Shown here: in pieces, positions 10,020-19,124 of the stretch
Layout of the letters: every line of letters begins with the position of its first letter
How positions within the stretch are numbered: position 1 is the stretch's first letter
NCBI GenBank assembly: GCA_963817615.1
Contig: CAWFPH010000003.1
Location: forward strand, 1,904,856-1,968,855
DNA length: 64,000 nt
Reading direction: 5' to 3'
From: an uncultured Gammaproteobacteria bacterium
GTDB lineage: Bacteria; Pseudomonadota; Gammaproteobacteria; Steroidobacterales; Rariloculaceae
Made by a program: the position numbers and the translations under genes
Notes under the pieces: model-generated
Told to the model about the DNA's origin: nothing
Database searches by the model: none
The model's input: only the letters and a program-made list of their open reading frames with translations

Positions 10020-10638
10020 GACGGCTGCACTGTTGACGGTCGCGGTCGGCGTGCTGACCGGCTGCAGCGTCTTCGGCAGCCGCGACAACGTCCCGCCGAT
10101 TTCGCCGTCGACGGCGGCCGCGACGGCGCCTCGAGGCGCCAACGGCGACAGCCTCACGCTGTACCTGCAGACGCTGCACGATCTCGTCGACGGCGACGCG
10201 GTGGTCCAAGCCGATGCATTTCGTAAAGCGCAGGAGGCGGCCGAGGCGGCGCCGACCACGACGAACCGGCTCAATCTCGCGCTCGCCCTGGCGATGCCGG
10301 GACATCCGTCCAGCAACCCCCGCGAGGCCCAGCGTATGCTGAATGAGCTGCTGGCCGCCCCGGACTCGCTGTTGCCCGAGGAGCGCATTCTCGCGATGGT
10401 GCACTTGAAAGAGGTCGAACAAAGGCTGATTCTCGATGCCGAAGCGGAACGGCTGCAGCGCGCTGCCGCGGCTGCGGCCGCGCAGCGCAACGACCAGGCC
10501 TCCCAGCGCCTCCAGGCGGCGCTCGAGGAAAACAAGCAGCTTCGTGCCGAGCTCGACGACGCTCATGCGAAGCTCAACGCGATTACGAACATAGAACGAT
10601 CCATTAGAGAGCGTGAAAATGGTGCCAATCCAAAGTAG
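10012..10638 (+). CDS. Ala-rich coiled-coil lipoprotein, QseG/YfhG-like by position
   Basis: 208 aa with a lipobox (VGVLTGC). It overlaps the glrK stop by 8 nt and the glrR start region. The assignment rests mainly on synteny. Confidence 0.55.
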   Translation: MAKTAALLTVAVGVLTGCSVFGSRDNVPPISPSTAAATAPRGANGDSLTLYLQTLHDLVDGDAVVQADAFRKAQEAAEAAPTTTNRLNLALALAMPGHPSSNPREAQRMLNELLAAPDSLLPEERILAMVHLKEVEQRLILDAEAERLQRAAAAAAAQRNDQASQRLQAALEENKQLRAELDDAHAKLNAITNIERSIRERENGANPK

Positions 10639-11992
10639 GCCGATCGGCCAGGACCAAGCGAGGGGACGCATCCTGCTCGTCGACGACGACCCGGGGCTGC
10701 TGCGTCTCCTGAGCATCCGCCTCCGCTCCGAAGGCTACGACGTGGAGGCCGTCGAGAGCGCACCGGAGGCGCTGGCCGCGTTATCGCGCTTCAGGCCCGA
10801 CCTCGTGATCACGGACCTGAGAATGAACACGATGGACGGAATCGCGCTGCTGAAGGAGATTCAGCGACAGCGTCCCGGACTCTGCGTGCTGCTGCTCACG
10901 GCCCACGGCACGATCCCGGACGCCGTCGAGGCGACCCAAAGCGGCGCGTTCGGCTTCCTCACGAAGCCCGTCGATAAGCAGCAGCTCCTCGATTACGTCG
11001 AGCGCGCGATGAAGGTCTCCGGCCTGCCGAAGAGCGAGGCCGAGTGGAGCTCGGAAATCATCACGCGCAGCCCGGCAATGGAAGCCTGTCTGCAGCAGGC
11101 GCGGATGGTCGCGGGGACGGATACCCGCGTGCTGATCACCGGCGAGTCCGGCACCGGCAAGGAACTACTCGCTCGGGCGATTCACCGCGCGAGCACGCGC
11201 CGCGACAACGCGTTCGTCGCCATCAACTGCAGCGCGATGGCCGAGAACCTGCTCGAATCCGAGCTGTTCGGGCACGAGAAGGGTGCCTTCACGGGCGCAC
11301 ATCGCACGCACCGGGGTCTCTTCCAGGCGGCCCACGGCGGCACGCTGCTGCTCGACGAGATCGGCGACATGCCGATGCGGCTCCAGGTCAAGCTCCTTCG
11401 CGTGCTGCAGGAGGAGCAAGTGCGGCCGGTCGGCAGCACCGATGCGATCAAGGTGAACACGCGGGTGATCTCCGCGACGCACCAGGATCTCAAGGATCTC
11501 ATGATCAAAGGCGCGTTCCGCGAGGATCTGTATTACCGCCTGAACGTCGTGAACATTCATCTTCCCGCTCTGCGCGAGCGCCGCGAAGACATTCCCCTGT
11601 TGGTCGAGCACTTCCTCGTGCAGATCTCGGCGGAATCGAACCAGGAGCGGCGAGTCTATGCCCCCGAAGCGGTCGAGCTGCTCGTCGCCAGCCACTGGCC
11701 CGGCAATATTCGCCAGCTCTACAACGTCGTGCGTCAGAACGTGGCGCTGTCGCCCACGCGCGTCATCTCCACGGAGCAGGTCCGCAGTGCGCTCGGTGAG
11801 CAGGCGAACGCCTTGCCCTCGTTCTCGGAGGCACGCGACGAGTTCACGCGGAACTACCTGTCGCAGCTACTGCAAATCACCGGCGGCAACGTGAGCCAGG
11901 CTGCACGACTCGCGAAGCGCAACCGCACGGACTTCTACAAGCTGCTGGGAAGGCACCAGTTGAACTCGGAGCAATTCAAGGAAGGGCGCTGA
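10619..11992 (+). CDS. glrR: Sigma54-dependent response regulator GlrR/QseF-like
   Basis: The receiver domain (ILLVDDDPGLLRLLSIRLRSEGY...DLVITDLRM..MDG...LLTAHGTIPDAVEATQSGAFGFLTKPVDK) closely resembles E. coli GlrR as recalled. It is followed by AAA+ ([14 protein letters not shown]) and a Fis-type HTH. ATG 10619 follows GAGAG; GTG 10613 is an alternative start. Confidence 0.85.
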   Translation: MVPIQSRPIGQDQARGRILLVDDDPGLLRLLSIRLRSEGYDVEAVESAPEALAALSRFRPDLVITDLRMNTMDGIALLKEIQRQRPGLCVLLLTAHGTIPDAVEATQSGAFGFLTKPVDKQQLLDYVERAMKVSGLPKSEAEWSSEIITRSPAMEACLQQARMVAGTDTRVLITGESGTGKELLARAIHRASTRRDNAFVAINCSAMAENLLESELFGHEKGAFTGAHRTHRGLFQAAHGGTLLLDEIGDMPMRLQVKLLRVLQEEQVRPVGSTDAIKVNTRVISATHQDLKDLMIKGAFREDLYYRLNVVNIHLPALRERREDIPLLVEHFLVQISAESNQERRVYAPEAVELLVASHWPGNIRQLYNVVRQNVALSPTRVISTEQVRSALGEQANALPSFSEARDEFTRNYLSQLLQITGGNVSQAARLAKRNRTDFYKLLGRHQLNSEQFKEGR

Positions 11993-12023
11993 TCGGCCCC
12001 GATCGCGGACGGCCGGGCCGGTC

Positions 12024-13388
12024 TCAGGACTCCTGGCTTTCGGGGCGGACCTCGTACTTCTGCATCAGGTCGTACAGCGTCGGCCGCGTAATCCCGAGCA
12101 GCTCGGCGGCGCGCGAGATGTTGCCGCTCGTCCGCATCAGCGCCTGTCGAATCGCCTGACCCTCCGCTCTCTGGCGCACGACTCTCAGGTTCAACGTCGG
12201 AGGCTCGTCGGTCGCGAGTCCCAAGTCGCGCGCCGTCACGAACTTGCCTTCGGCCATGATGACGGCGGCCTTGATCTTGTTTTCCATCTCGCGAACGTTG
12301 CCCGGCCAAGGGTAGGCGTCGATGGCGTCCTGCCCGTCGGGAGAGAAGCCTTTCAGATAGCGGCCTTGTTGGCGGCCAAACTTGGCAAGCAAATGCTGGG
12401 CGAGCGCAATTCGCCCCGCGTCGCGTTGACGCAGCGGCGGAATCTCTATCGTGATCTCGCTGATTCGGTAGTAGAGGTCGTCGCGAAACTGCCCGTTCGC
12501 CATGGCCTGCTTCAGGTTCTTGTTCGTCGCGCAGACGACTCGCACATCGACCGGCAGTTCCGCCCTGCCGCCGATACGCTCGAACGTGCGCTCCTGAAGA
12601 AACCGCAGCAGCTTCGCTTGAAGCGACGCGGGCATATCGCCGATCTCGTCGAGAAACAGCGTGCCGCCGTTCGCGAGCTCGATCTTGCCGGGCGTCTGCT
12701 TCACGGCGCCGGTGAACGCACCGCGCTCGAAACCGAACAGCTCGGACTCCAGCAGCGTTTCCGGAATCGCCGCGCAGTTGATCGCGACGAACGCCTTCGC
12801 GGATCTCGGGCTCAGCGCATGAATCGCCCGCGCGAGCAGCTCCTTGCCCGTGCCGCTCTCGCCCTGCAGCAGCGTCGTTGCGTTGGTCGGCGCCACCTTC
12901 TCGATGATCCGGCACACCTTCATCATCGCGTCGCTGCCCGTGATGATGCCGTCGAGCGGAGAGGAGCCGTTGCCCTGGAGCAAGCGCCGATGCGCCGCCT
13001 CGAGATCGTGAATCTCGAATGCGCGCCCGACGATGAGGCGCAAGGTTTCGACATCGACGGGCTTCTGATAGAAATCGTAGGCGCCGAGCGCCACGGCCTT
13101 GACGGCGTTGCGATGGTCACCGTGGCCCGTGATTACCACGATCTTGGTGAGAGGCGCGAGCGTGAGGATCTCCCGCACCGTCGCAAACCCCTCCTCCACT
13201 CCGTCGTCATCGGGGGGGAGACCGAGATCCTGCAACACGACCGCCGGCTCGTGACGCCGCAACTCCGTGATCGCGCTCGGCCGATCTTCGGCGGCGAGCA
13301 CCTGGTAGCCTTCGAAACACCAGCGAAGTTGGCTCTGGATACCCGGGTCGTCCTCGACGATCAATAGCTTGCGAGTGGGCGCTGTCAC
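12024..13388 (-). CDS. prsR: Sigma54-dependent response regulator, PEP-CTERM-box regulator PrsR-like
   Basis: 454 aa. The N terminus [24 protein letters not shown]...[19 protein letters not shown] matches my recollection of the PrsR (TIGR02915) family. AAA+ sigma54 interaction domain and C-terminal HTH follow. Confidence 0.75.
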   Translation of the reverse strand: MTAPTRKLLIVEDDPGIQSQLRWCFEGYQVLAAEDRPSAITELRRHEPAVVLQDLGLPPDDDGVEEGFATVREILTLAPLTKIVVITGHGDHRNAVKAVALGAYDFYQKPVDVETLRLIVGRAFEIHDLEAAHRRLLQGNGSSPLDGIITGSDAMMKVCRIIEKVAPTNATTLLQGESGTGKELLARAIHALSPRSAKAFVAINCAAIPETLLESELFGFERGAFTGAVKQTPGKIELANGGTLFLDEIGDMPASLQAKLLRFLQERTFERIGGRAELPVDVRVVCATNKNLKQAMANGQFRDDLYYRISEITIEIPPLRQRDAGRIALAQHLLAKFGRQQGRYLKGFSPDGQDAIDAYPWPGNVREMENKIKAAVIMAEGKFVTARDLGLATDEPPTLNLRVVRQRAEGQAIRQALMRTSGNISRAAELLGITRPTLYDLMQKYEVRPESQES

Positions 13389-13521
13389 GCTCGGGATGCT
13401 GCCACAAGTGCTCGCGAAATCGAACCACCGATGTCACACAAAGAAGACCCTTCGTCAGCGCGCGGTATGAATGCCGAGCGCCTTGCCGCGGAGAGATTCA
13501 AGGGCGACCGCACGCCGGGCG

Positions 13522-14700
13522 TCATCGGCGCGCGTAGAAAGCAGCGAGCCGATCGACCACGAATTCGCGCTGCGCGGCCGTGAGCTCGGGGTAGATCGGC
13601 AATGCCAGCGTCTCGGCGGCGGCGCGCTTCGCCACGGGGAAATCGTCCGCCGAATGGCCGAGGTATGCGAAGCATTGCTGTTGATGCAGCGCCAACGGAT
13701 AGTAGATCTCCGTGCCGACGCCCTCGTCCTTCAGATAGGCCCGCAGCTCGTCGCGGTGCCGCGCCCGAACCACGTACTGGTTGAAGATGTGCCGATAGCC
13801 CGGCTCGACGGCCGGCAACCCGAGGAACTCCTCGAGACCGGCGGCGGCGATCGCCGCGCCGTAGTCGGCGGCGTTGCGCTGCCGAGCCGCGGTCCAGGCG
13901 TCGAGATGCTCGAGCTTGATGAGCAGAACGGCCGCCTGGAGCTCGTCGAGCCGAAAATTTCCGCCGACGACGGCATGGAAGTACTTCGGCTCGCCGCCGT
14001 GCACTCGCAGTATTCGCATTCGTTCGGCGAGCGCCGCGTCGTTCGTGGTGCACAGACCCGCATCGCCGAAAGCACCGAGATTCTTCGTCGGAAAGAACGA
14101 GAAGCAGCCGATGTCGCCGACCGCGCCCGCTCGGCCCGCCGGCGACGCCGCGCCGATCGCCTGCGCGGCATCCTCGACGACGGCGAGCCCGTAGCGACGC
14201 GCGATCGCGCCGAGAGCATCCATGTCCGCCATCTGGCCGTAAAGGTGCACCGGCATCAGCGCGCGGATGACGCCGCCGGTCGCGCGATGGATCAGGCGTC
14301 CGTCGTCTTGGGTGCAGCGCTGCTCGATGAAGCGCGCGACTGCCGTCGGCGATAAGTTGAACGTGCGCTCGTCGATGTCGCAGAACACCGGACGAGCACC
14401 GAGACGCGCGACGACGCCGCCGGTCGCGAAGAACGTGTACGGCGTGGTGATGACCTCGTCGCCCGCTCGGATGTCGAGCGCCATCAGCGCGAGCAACAAC
14501 GCATCGGTGCCCGACGATACGCCGATTCCGTGGGCCGCTTCCGAGTACCGCGCGACCGCCCGTTCCAACTCCGCGACGCGCGGTCCGAGAATGAATTGCT
14601 GGCTGTCGCAGACGTCACGAATCGCTTGCTCGATGCGCTCGCGCAGCGGCGCATATTGCGCACGCAGATCGAGCAGCGGGACATGCGCGCGGGCAGTCAC
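13522..14700 (-). CDS. DegT/DnrJ/EryC1/StrS-family PLP aminotransferase (NDP-4-keto-sugar aminotransferase)
   Basis: HVPLLDLRAQYAPLRERI..., PLP-fold motifs and FFPTKNLGAFGDAG. The ORF track starts at TTG 14745. GTG 14700 just after AGGAGAG is the more likely start. Confidence 0.85.
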   Translation of the reverse strand: MTARAHVPLLDLRAQYAPLRERIEQAIRDVCDSQQFILGPRVAELERAVARYSEAAHGIGVSSGTDALLLALMALDIRAGDEVITTPYTFFATGGVVARLGARPVFCDIDERTFNLSPTAVARFIEQRCTQDDGRLIHRATGGVIRALMPVHLYGQMADMDALGAIARRYGLAVVEDAAQAIGAASPAGRAGAVGDIGCFSFFPTKNLGAFGDAGLCTTNDAALAERMRILRVHGGEPKYFHAVVGGNFRLDELQAAVLLIKLEHLDAWTAARQRNAADYGAAIAAAGLEEFLGLPAVEPGYRHIFNQYVVRARHRDELRAYLKDEGVGTEIYYPLALHQQQCFAYLGHSADDFPVAKRAAAETLALPIYPELTAAQREFVVDRLAAFYARR

Positions 14701-14915
14701 GGACTCTCCTGATACTGAAAGCAAAAGAGGGGGCGACACTGCCAACCCGGAGCCTACGGAAACCGCCGCCGACAGACGGGACTACCCATGGCTTCCACTA
14801 GACGTAGCGTTGACAGCGCACCCCCGAGACGAACTTGCGGGGATAGCCCTGAGATGTAGAGCCAGCAGAATACCGCCTGGCGGCGTGGTAGCCAAGCACC
14901 CGGAATAAATTTCTG

Positions 14916-15536
14916 CTACTTCATATGCTTAGAGCCGATCTCTGCCGGCCCGTCCGTTAACGCCTTCCGAAGCGCCGCAGCCTCCGCGGGCGTGTTCGCG
15001 CTTCGCAGCCGCTCAGGCTCGTCGGGGCGGCAGACCTTCGCCCCGGCCTGCTCGAGCACCGCGCGCAGCGACAGCCCCGAGCGCACGGCGCCGCGGATCG
15101 AGGGCTCCCAAATCGCGCACAGCGGCTCGATTCGTCCCTCGTCGTTTTGGAATGCCGTCGCCGCACGGCCGGGATCGCGTGCGTCGATCAGCCGGCGCAG
15201 TGTGGAGGCATCGAGCAACGGCATGTCGGCTGCCACGGTGAGCCAGGCGACTGTCGGCGCCATCGCCCAGGCCGCGGCGAGGCCGGCGGCCGGCCCCCCG
15301 CCGGCCTCGGTATCGACGATATGCGGTACTGCGCCGTACCGTCCGGATACGACTTGCGCGGCCCCAATCGAGACGTAGGCGCGCTCACAAAGCGTCGCGA
15401 GCAACGCTTGCGCCCAGAGGGCCTGCGGCGCGTCGTGGTACTCGATCAGCGCCTTGTCCCCGCCCATCCGCCGGCTCTGGCCGCCCGCCAGGACGAGGCC
15501 CCACAGAGGCGGCGCGGCTTCGAATGCGTCGGACAT
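14916..15536 (-). CDS. MobA-like NTP transferase (molybdenum cofactor guanylyltransferase family)
   Basis: 206 aa. GLVLAGGQSRRMGGDKALI at the N terminus is the MobA/NTP_transf_3 signature. Confidence 0.65.
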   Translation of the reverse strand: MSDAFEAAPPLWGLVLAGGQSRRMGGDKALIEYHDAPQALWAQALLATLCERAYVSIGAAQVVSGRYGAVPHIVDTEAGGGPAAGLAAAWAMAPTVAWLTVAADMPLLDASTLRRLIDARDPGRAATAFQNDEGRIEPLCAIWEPSIRGAVRSGLSLRAVLEQAGAKVCRPDEPERLRSANTPAEAAALRKALTDGPAEIGSKHMK

Positions 15537-15617
15537 ACAGTTGTACCTACCGGCTAAAGAATCGCGAGACTGCTGCCGATATTGGCAAAGCGGCCCGGAT
15601 TTTGGGAGAGAACACTT

Positions 15618-16470
15618 ATGTCAACATCCGCTCAGGCGATCGGCTTCAGCTTCGTAGAACAACTCGCACAAGACCTCAAGGACGAGCGCCTCGAGCTTCC
15701 CTCTTTCCCTGAAGCCGTCTTGCGCGTTCAACGAGCGCTGCAATCGCCGGACACCAGCACCGAAGACGTCGTTCGAATACTCAGCTCCGAGCCCTCGCTT
15801 GCCGCTCGCCTGCTGCGAATCGCGAACTCCGCCGAATTTCGTCGCATGGACGGCGAGATCACGGACCTGCGCAAAGCCGTGAGCCGAATGGGGTTCAACA
15901 TGGTTCGCAGCGTCGCCGTCGCCTTTGCGATGCGGCAGCTGCGCCGAAACGACACCTATACGCCCGCCGTTCGTGCCGAGCTCGAAAAGATCTGGAAGGA
16001 TAGTCTGGACGTGGCGGCAGCTTGCTTCGTGCTCGCCAAGCGGTTCACGCGAATCAATCCCGATCAAGCCTTGCTCACCGGCCTCCTGCACGTCGTCGGC
16101 CGACTCTATATCATCATGCGATCCAAGGACCTCACCGATGCGCCGGACGTCAACCTCCAAGAGATCGTGGGCGGTTGGCAGGCTTCGATCGCGAAGGCCA
16201 TTCTCGACAGTTGGGGCTTGCCCGAGTCGATGCGCGAGGCCGTCGAGAAGCAGGACGATTTCGCGCATAAAGCCGAGGGCAGCGTCGCCCTCGTCGACGT
16301 GCTGGTTGCGGCCAAGTTCCTGTTGCGCGCCGAGGCCGGCGATTCGGATGCCGACTCCACGTGCCCGGCGCTGCGCCGCCTGAGCTCCGGCGCCGCCGAT
16401 CAGGTACCCAGCTGCGCTCAAGGATCACGCCGGCGAAATCAATTCCGTGCGCGCATCGCTCGGCGACTGA
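15618..16470 (+). pseudogene. HDOD-domain signalling protein with an apparent frameshift near the 3' end
   Basis: ATG 15618 follows GGGAGAG. The HDOD-like sequence (LPSFPEAVLRVQRAL...ILSSEPSLAARLLRIANSAEF...) is in frame 3. That frame then runs as Arg-rich junk to 16892, 380 nt into convergent gltX. Frame 1 between 16384 and 16470 reads ...AALKDHAGEINSVRASLGD*, a plausible native C terminus. Confidence 0.6.
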
Positions 16471-16511
16471 GCCGTCGCCAAGACGAGGCCGCTCTTGCAG
16501 CGGCGGCCGGG

Positions 16512-17933
16512 CTACGCGCCGGATGCTTGCGAGTCGATGTACGAGACGGCCCGGTCGAGACGGCCGAGCGTACGATCGCGTCCGAGCAGCCGCAACGTCG
16601 TGCCTATGCCCGGCGACGCCGTGTCGCCCGTGACCGCGACTCGCACCGGCTGAGCGACCTTGCCGAGCCCGACCTGGGCCTGCTCGGCCACGCGCTCGAC
16701 GACCCCTTGCGTTGCGTCTTCGGTCCAATCGGCGAGCGCCGCAAGACCGTCCCGGACCGCGCGCAGCAACGGCGCCGCCGCCGGCTTCAACTGCTTTTGT
16801 GCGGCCGCCGGCGCGTAGGAGATGCCCTCGGCACCGACGTAGATTCGGGCTTGGTCGGCCATCTCGCTCAGCGTCTTGGCACGTTCCCGTAAGGCGTCCG
16901 CAAGCGGCACGAGCGTCTGCAGCTCGACGGCGACGCCGTGGCGCGCCAACTGCTCGCGAAGTGCCGCGGCGAGCGCGGGGGCCGCCGTTCGCTTCAGGTG
17001 CTGCTGATTCAGCCAATTCAGCTTCTCGACGTCGAAGCGCGCAGGCGAGCGCTGCACGGCCGACAGATCGAACAGCGCGATCATCTCCTCGCGCGTGAAC
17101 AGCTCCTGGTCGCCGTGCGACCAGCCGAGACGCACCAGATAGTTCAGCAACGCGTCCGGCAGGTAGCCGAGCTCGCGATACTCGAGCACGCTGACCGCAC
17201 CGTGGCGCTTGGACAGCTTCGCACCGTCCGGCCCCGCAATCATCGGCAGATGCGCGTACTCCGGGGCGTGCAGTCCAAGCGCGGCGAAGATGTTGATCTG
17301 TCGCGGCGTGTTGTTGAGATGATCGTCGCCGCGAATCACGTGGGTGATGCGCATGTCGGCGTCGTCGACGACCACGGCGAAATGGTAAGTCGGGGTGTCA
17401 TCGGATCGCATGATCACCAGATCGTCGAGCTCGCTGTTCTCGAAAACCACGCGCCCGTAAACCAGGTCGTTCACGACCACTTGCCCATCGCTCGGATTGC
17501 GAAAACGGACGGCGGCCGGGCGACTCGGGATGTCCGTGCGCTCGCGGCAGCGGCCGTCGTAGCGCGGTTTCTCGCCGCGGGCGGCCTGCTGCTCGCGCAT
17601 CGCGGCCAGCTCCTCCGCGGTGCAGTAGCAACGGTAAGCTTGCCCCGCGGCGATCATACCGGCCGCGACTTCCCGATAACGTTCGAACCGCCGGCTCTGG
17701 AGATAAGGAGTCTCGTCCGGCTTCAGGTCGAGCCAATCGAACGCGCTCAAAATGCCGTCGATGGCTTCCTGCGTGGACCGCTCGCGGTCCGTGTCCTCGA
17801 TGCGCAGGAGATATTGGCCGCCATGCCGGCGAGCATAGAGCCAGCAGAACAGCGCCGTGCGAACGCCGCCGATATGCAGGTGGCCGGTGGGGCTTGGGGC
17901 GAAGCGGGTGCGGACGGGAGTGCTCATGGTCAA
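16512..17933 (-). CDS. gltX: Glutamate--tRNA ligase
   Basis: 473 aa with RFAPSPTGHLHIGG (HIGH motif), KLSKRHG (KMSKS motif) and GltX-like sequence throughout. Confidence 0.95.
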   Translation of the reverse strand: MTMSTPVRTRFAPSPTGHLHIGGVRTALFCWLYARRHGGQYLLRIEDTDRERSTQEAIDGILSAFDWLDLKPDETPYLQSRRFERYREVAAGMIAAGQAYRCYCTAEELAAMREQQAARGEKPRYDGRCRERTDIPSRPAAVRFRNPSDGQVVVNDLVYGRVVFENSELDDLVIMRSDDTPTYHFAVVVDDADMRITHVIRGDDHLNNTPRQINIFAALGLHAPEYAHLPMIAGPDGAKLSKRHGAVSVLEYRELGYLPDALLNYLVRLGWSHGDQELFTREEMIALFDLSAVQRSPARFDVEKLNWLNQQHLKRTAAPALAAALREQLARHGVAVELQTLVPLADALRERAKTLSEMADQARIYVGAEGISYAPAAAQKQLKPAAAPLLRAVRDGLAALADWTEDATQGVVERVAEQAQVGLGKVAQPVRVAVTGDTASPGIGTTLRLLGRDRTLGRLDRAVSYIDSQASGA

Positions 17934-17976
17934 CGCCGGCTCGAGCGTACGGCGCTTCTGTCTTGGAATCCGAAGA

Positions 17977-18693
17977 TCATGTGCGTGACAAATACACGAG
18001 TCGAGACTGGACGGTCCGATACAACGCCGGAATGCCCCAAATCTTGCCGAGAAAGCGCATCACTTGCCGGCCATGGGACTGGAAGAACTCTCGCTCGACG
18101 AATCGATAGCTGAAACCGAGTTTTTTCCACATGACTCGATAGCAGGAGTTAGGTACGTAGTTCAGCGCCTCAACGGCGAAGAATGCATTCCGATCGGCCG
18201 TCTCATCCGCCGAAAGGCCCTTTTGGTACTGGTTCCGGATGCCTAGCAGCGCCCATAGCTTGTACCACCAGCGATGCACGATGAAACCGCCGAATGGAAC
18301 CAGAATATGTCCCTCGATGGGCCTGTAGCGCGCGGGGAAGAGATGCAGATGATGCCCACCAGATTTCGTGATCCTGTGCAGCTCTGAGAACACGCGCACT
18401 TGATCCTTGATGTGCTCACACACTTGGTCAGAGAGCACCACGTCGAACTGTGCATCTTCGAACGGAAGTTTCAAGTCGAGCAGCGTGCCTGTCGTAATGT
18501 AGTCTGCGCGGCGATGCCCGAGCAGGCTCGGACCATCCGTGACATCGTATCCTTCGGCATTGACGTAGCCCGCTTCCCGCAGCAACTTGACGAAGTCGCC
18601 CGCGCCACAACCAAAGTCCAGGATTCGCGCCTCTTTAGAAACGACGACTCCAAGGCGATCGAATATTCTCTCAAAGGTCCTGATGTCACGCAT
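17977..18693 (-). CDS. Class I SAM-dependent methyltransferase (lower-GC gene)
   Basis: 238 aa with motif I ILDFGCGAGDF and FDVVLSDQVCEHI. GC is visibly lower (about 50%) than in flanking gltX. Confidence 0.75.
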   Translation of the reverse strand: MRDIRTFERIFDRLGVVVSKEARILDFGCGAGDFVKLLREAGYVNAEGYDVTDGPSLLGHRRADYITTGTLLDLKLPFEDAQFDVVLSDQVCEHIKDQVRVFSELHRITKSGGHHLHLFPARYRPIEGHILVPFGGFIVHRWWYKLWALLGIRNQYQKGLSADETADRNAFFAVEALNYVPNSCYRVMWKKLGFSYRFVEREFFQSHGRQVMRFLGKIWGIPALYRTVQSRLVYLSRT

Positions 18694-18856
18694 GAGCCAA
18701 CCTTCGACGTTACAGAGCCTGCAGCCCGTTCAATACCATTAGCATTCCCGGTCGCCAGACAGGGCAGCATCGCCAACGGATATCACTCGGCTGACCCAAT
18801 CTTTCCGTGTTTCGAGATCTGTGGAAGACCCGAGTCGCTGGCCAGACGAACCAGAA

Positions 18857-18932
18857 TGGCGTCCCCAGGGGGATTCGAACCCCCGTTACCGCCGTGAAAG
18901 GGCGATGTCCTAGGCCTCTAGACGATGGGGAC
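18857..18932 (-). tRNA. tRNA-Glu (anticodon UUC)
   Basis: The reverse complement GTCCCCATCGTCTAGAGGCCTAGGACATCGCCCTTTCACGGCGGTAACGGGGGTTCGAATCCCCCTGGGGACGCCA folds as a cloverleaf. It is close to E. coli tRNA-Glu and has an encoded CCA. Confidence 0.92.
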
Positions 18933-18971
18933 CAAGTCGGCGAGCCGGCACGACTGCCGGCTTCGGTAAAT

Positions 18972-19047
<76 letters not shown>

Positions 19048-19061
19048 GAAATGTCGGGGCG

Positions 19062-19090
19062 ACCGTATGCAAACTCGGTGCGGGTGTCAA
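19062..19090 (-). promoter_or_regulatory. Candidate sigma70 promoter for the tRNA-Ala/tRNA-Glu pair
   Basis: The minus strand reads TTGACA - 17 nt - TACGGT followed by a GC-rich discriminator (cgcccc), 14 nt upstream of the tRNA-Ala 5' end. Confidence 0.45.
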
Positions 19091-19124
19091 GCAACGCGAA
19101 CGCCGTGCCGTACGGCAAAAAAAA

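Noticed and set aside
14746-14915. Possible 6S RNA, SRP RNA or Moco riboswitch in the MobA-DegT spacer
   Set aside because: I could not find the conserved cores (the SRP GGAA tetraloop helix, the 6S central bubble with its flanking conserved helices, or the Moco motif) and the genomic context is atypical. It is kept only as an unassigned structured spacer.
15582-16892. Full-length 436-aa HDOD ORF as listed
   Set aside because: The last ~140 codons overlap convergent gltX and are low-complexity Arg-rich sequence. A shifted frame gives a sensible C terminus at 16470.
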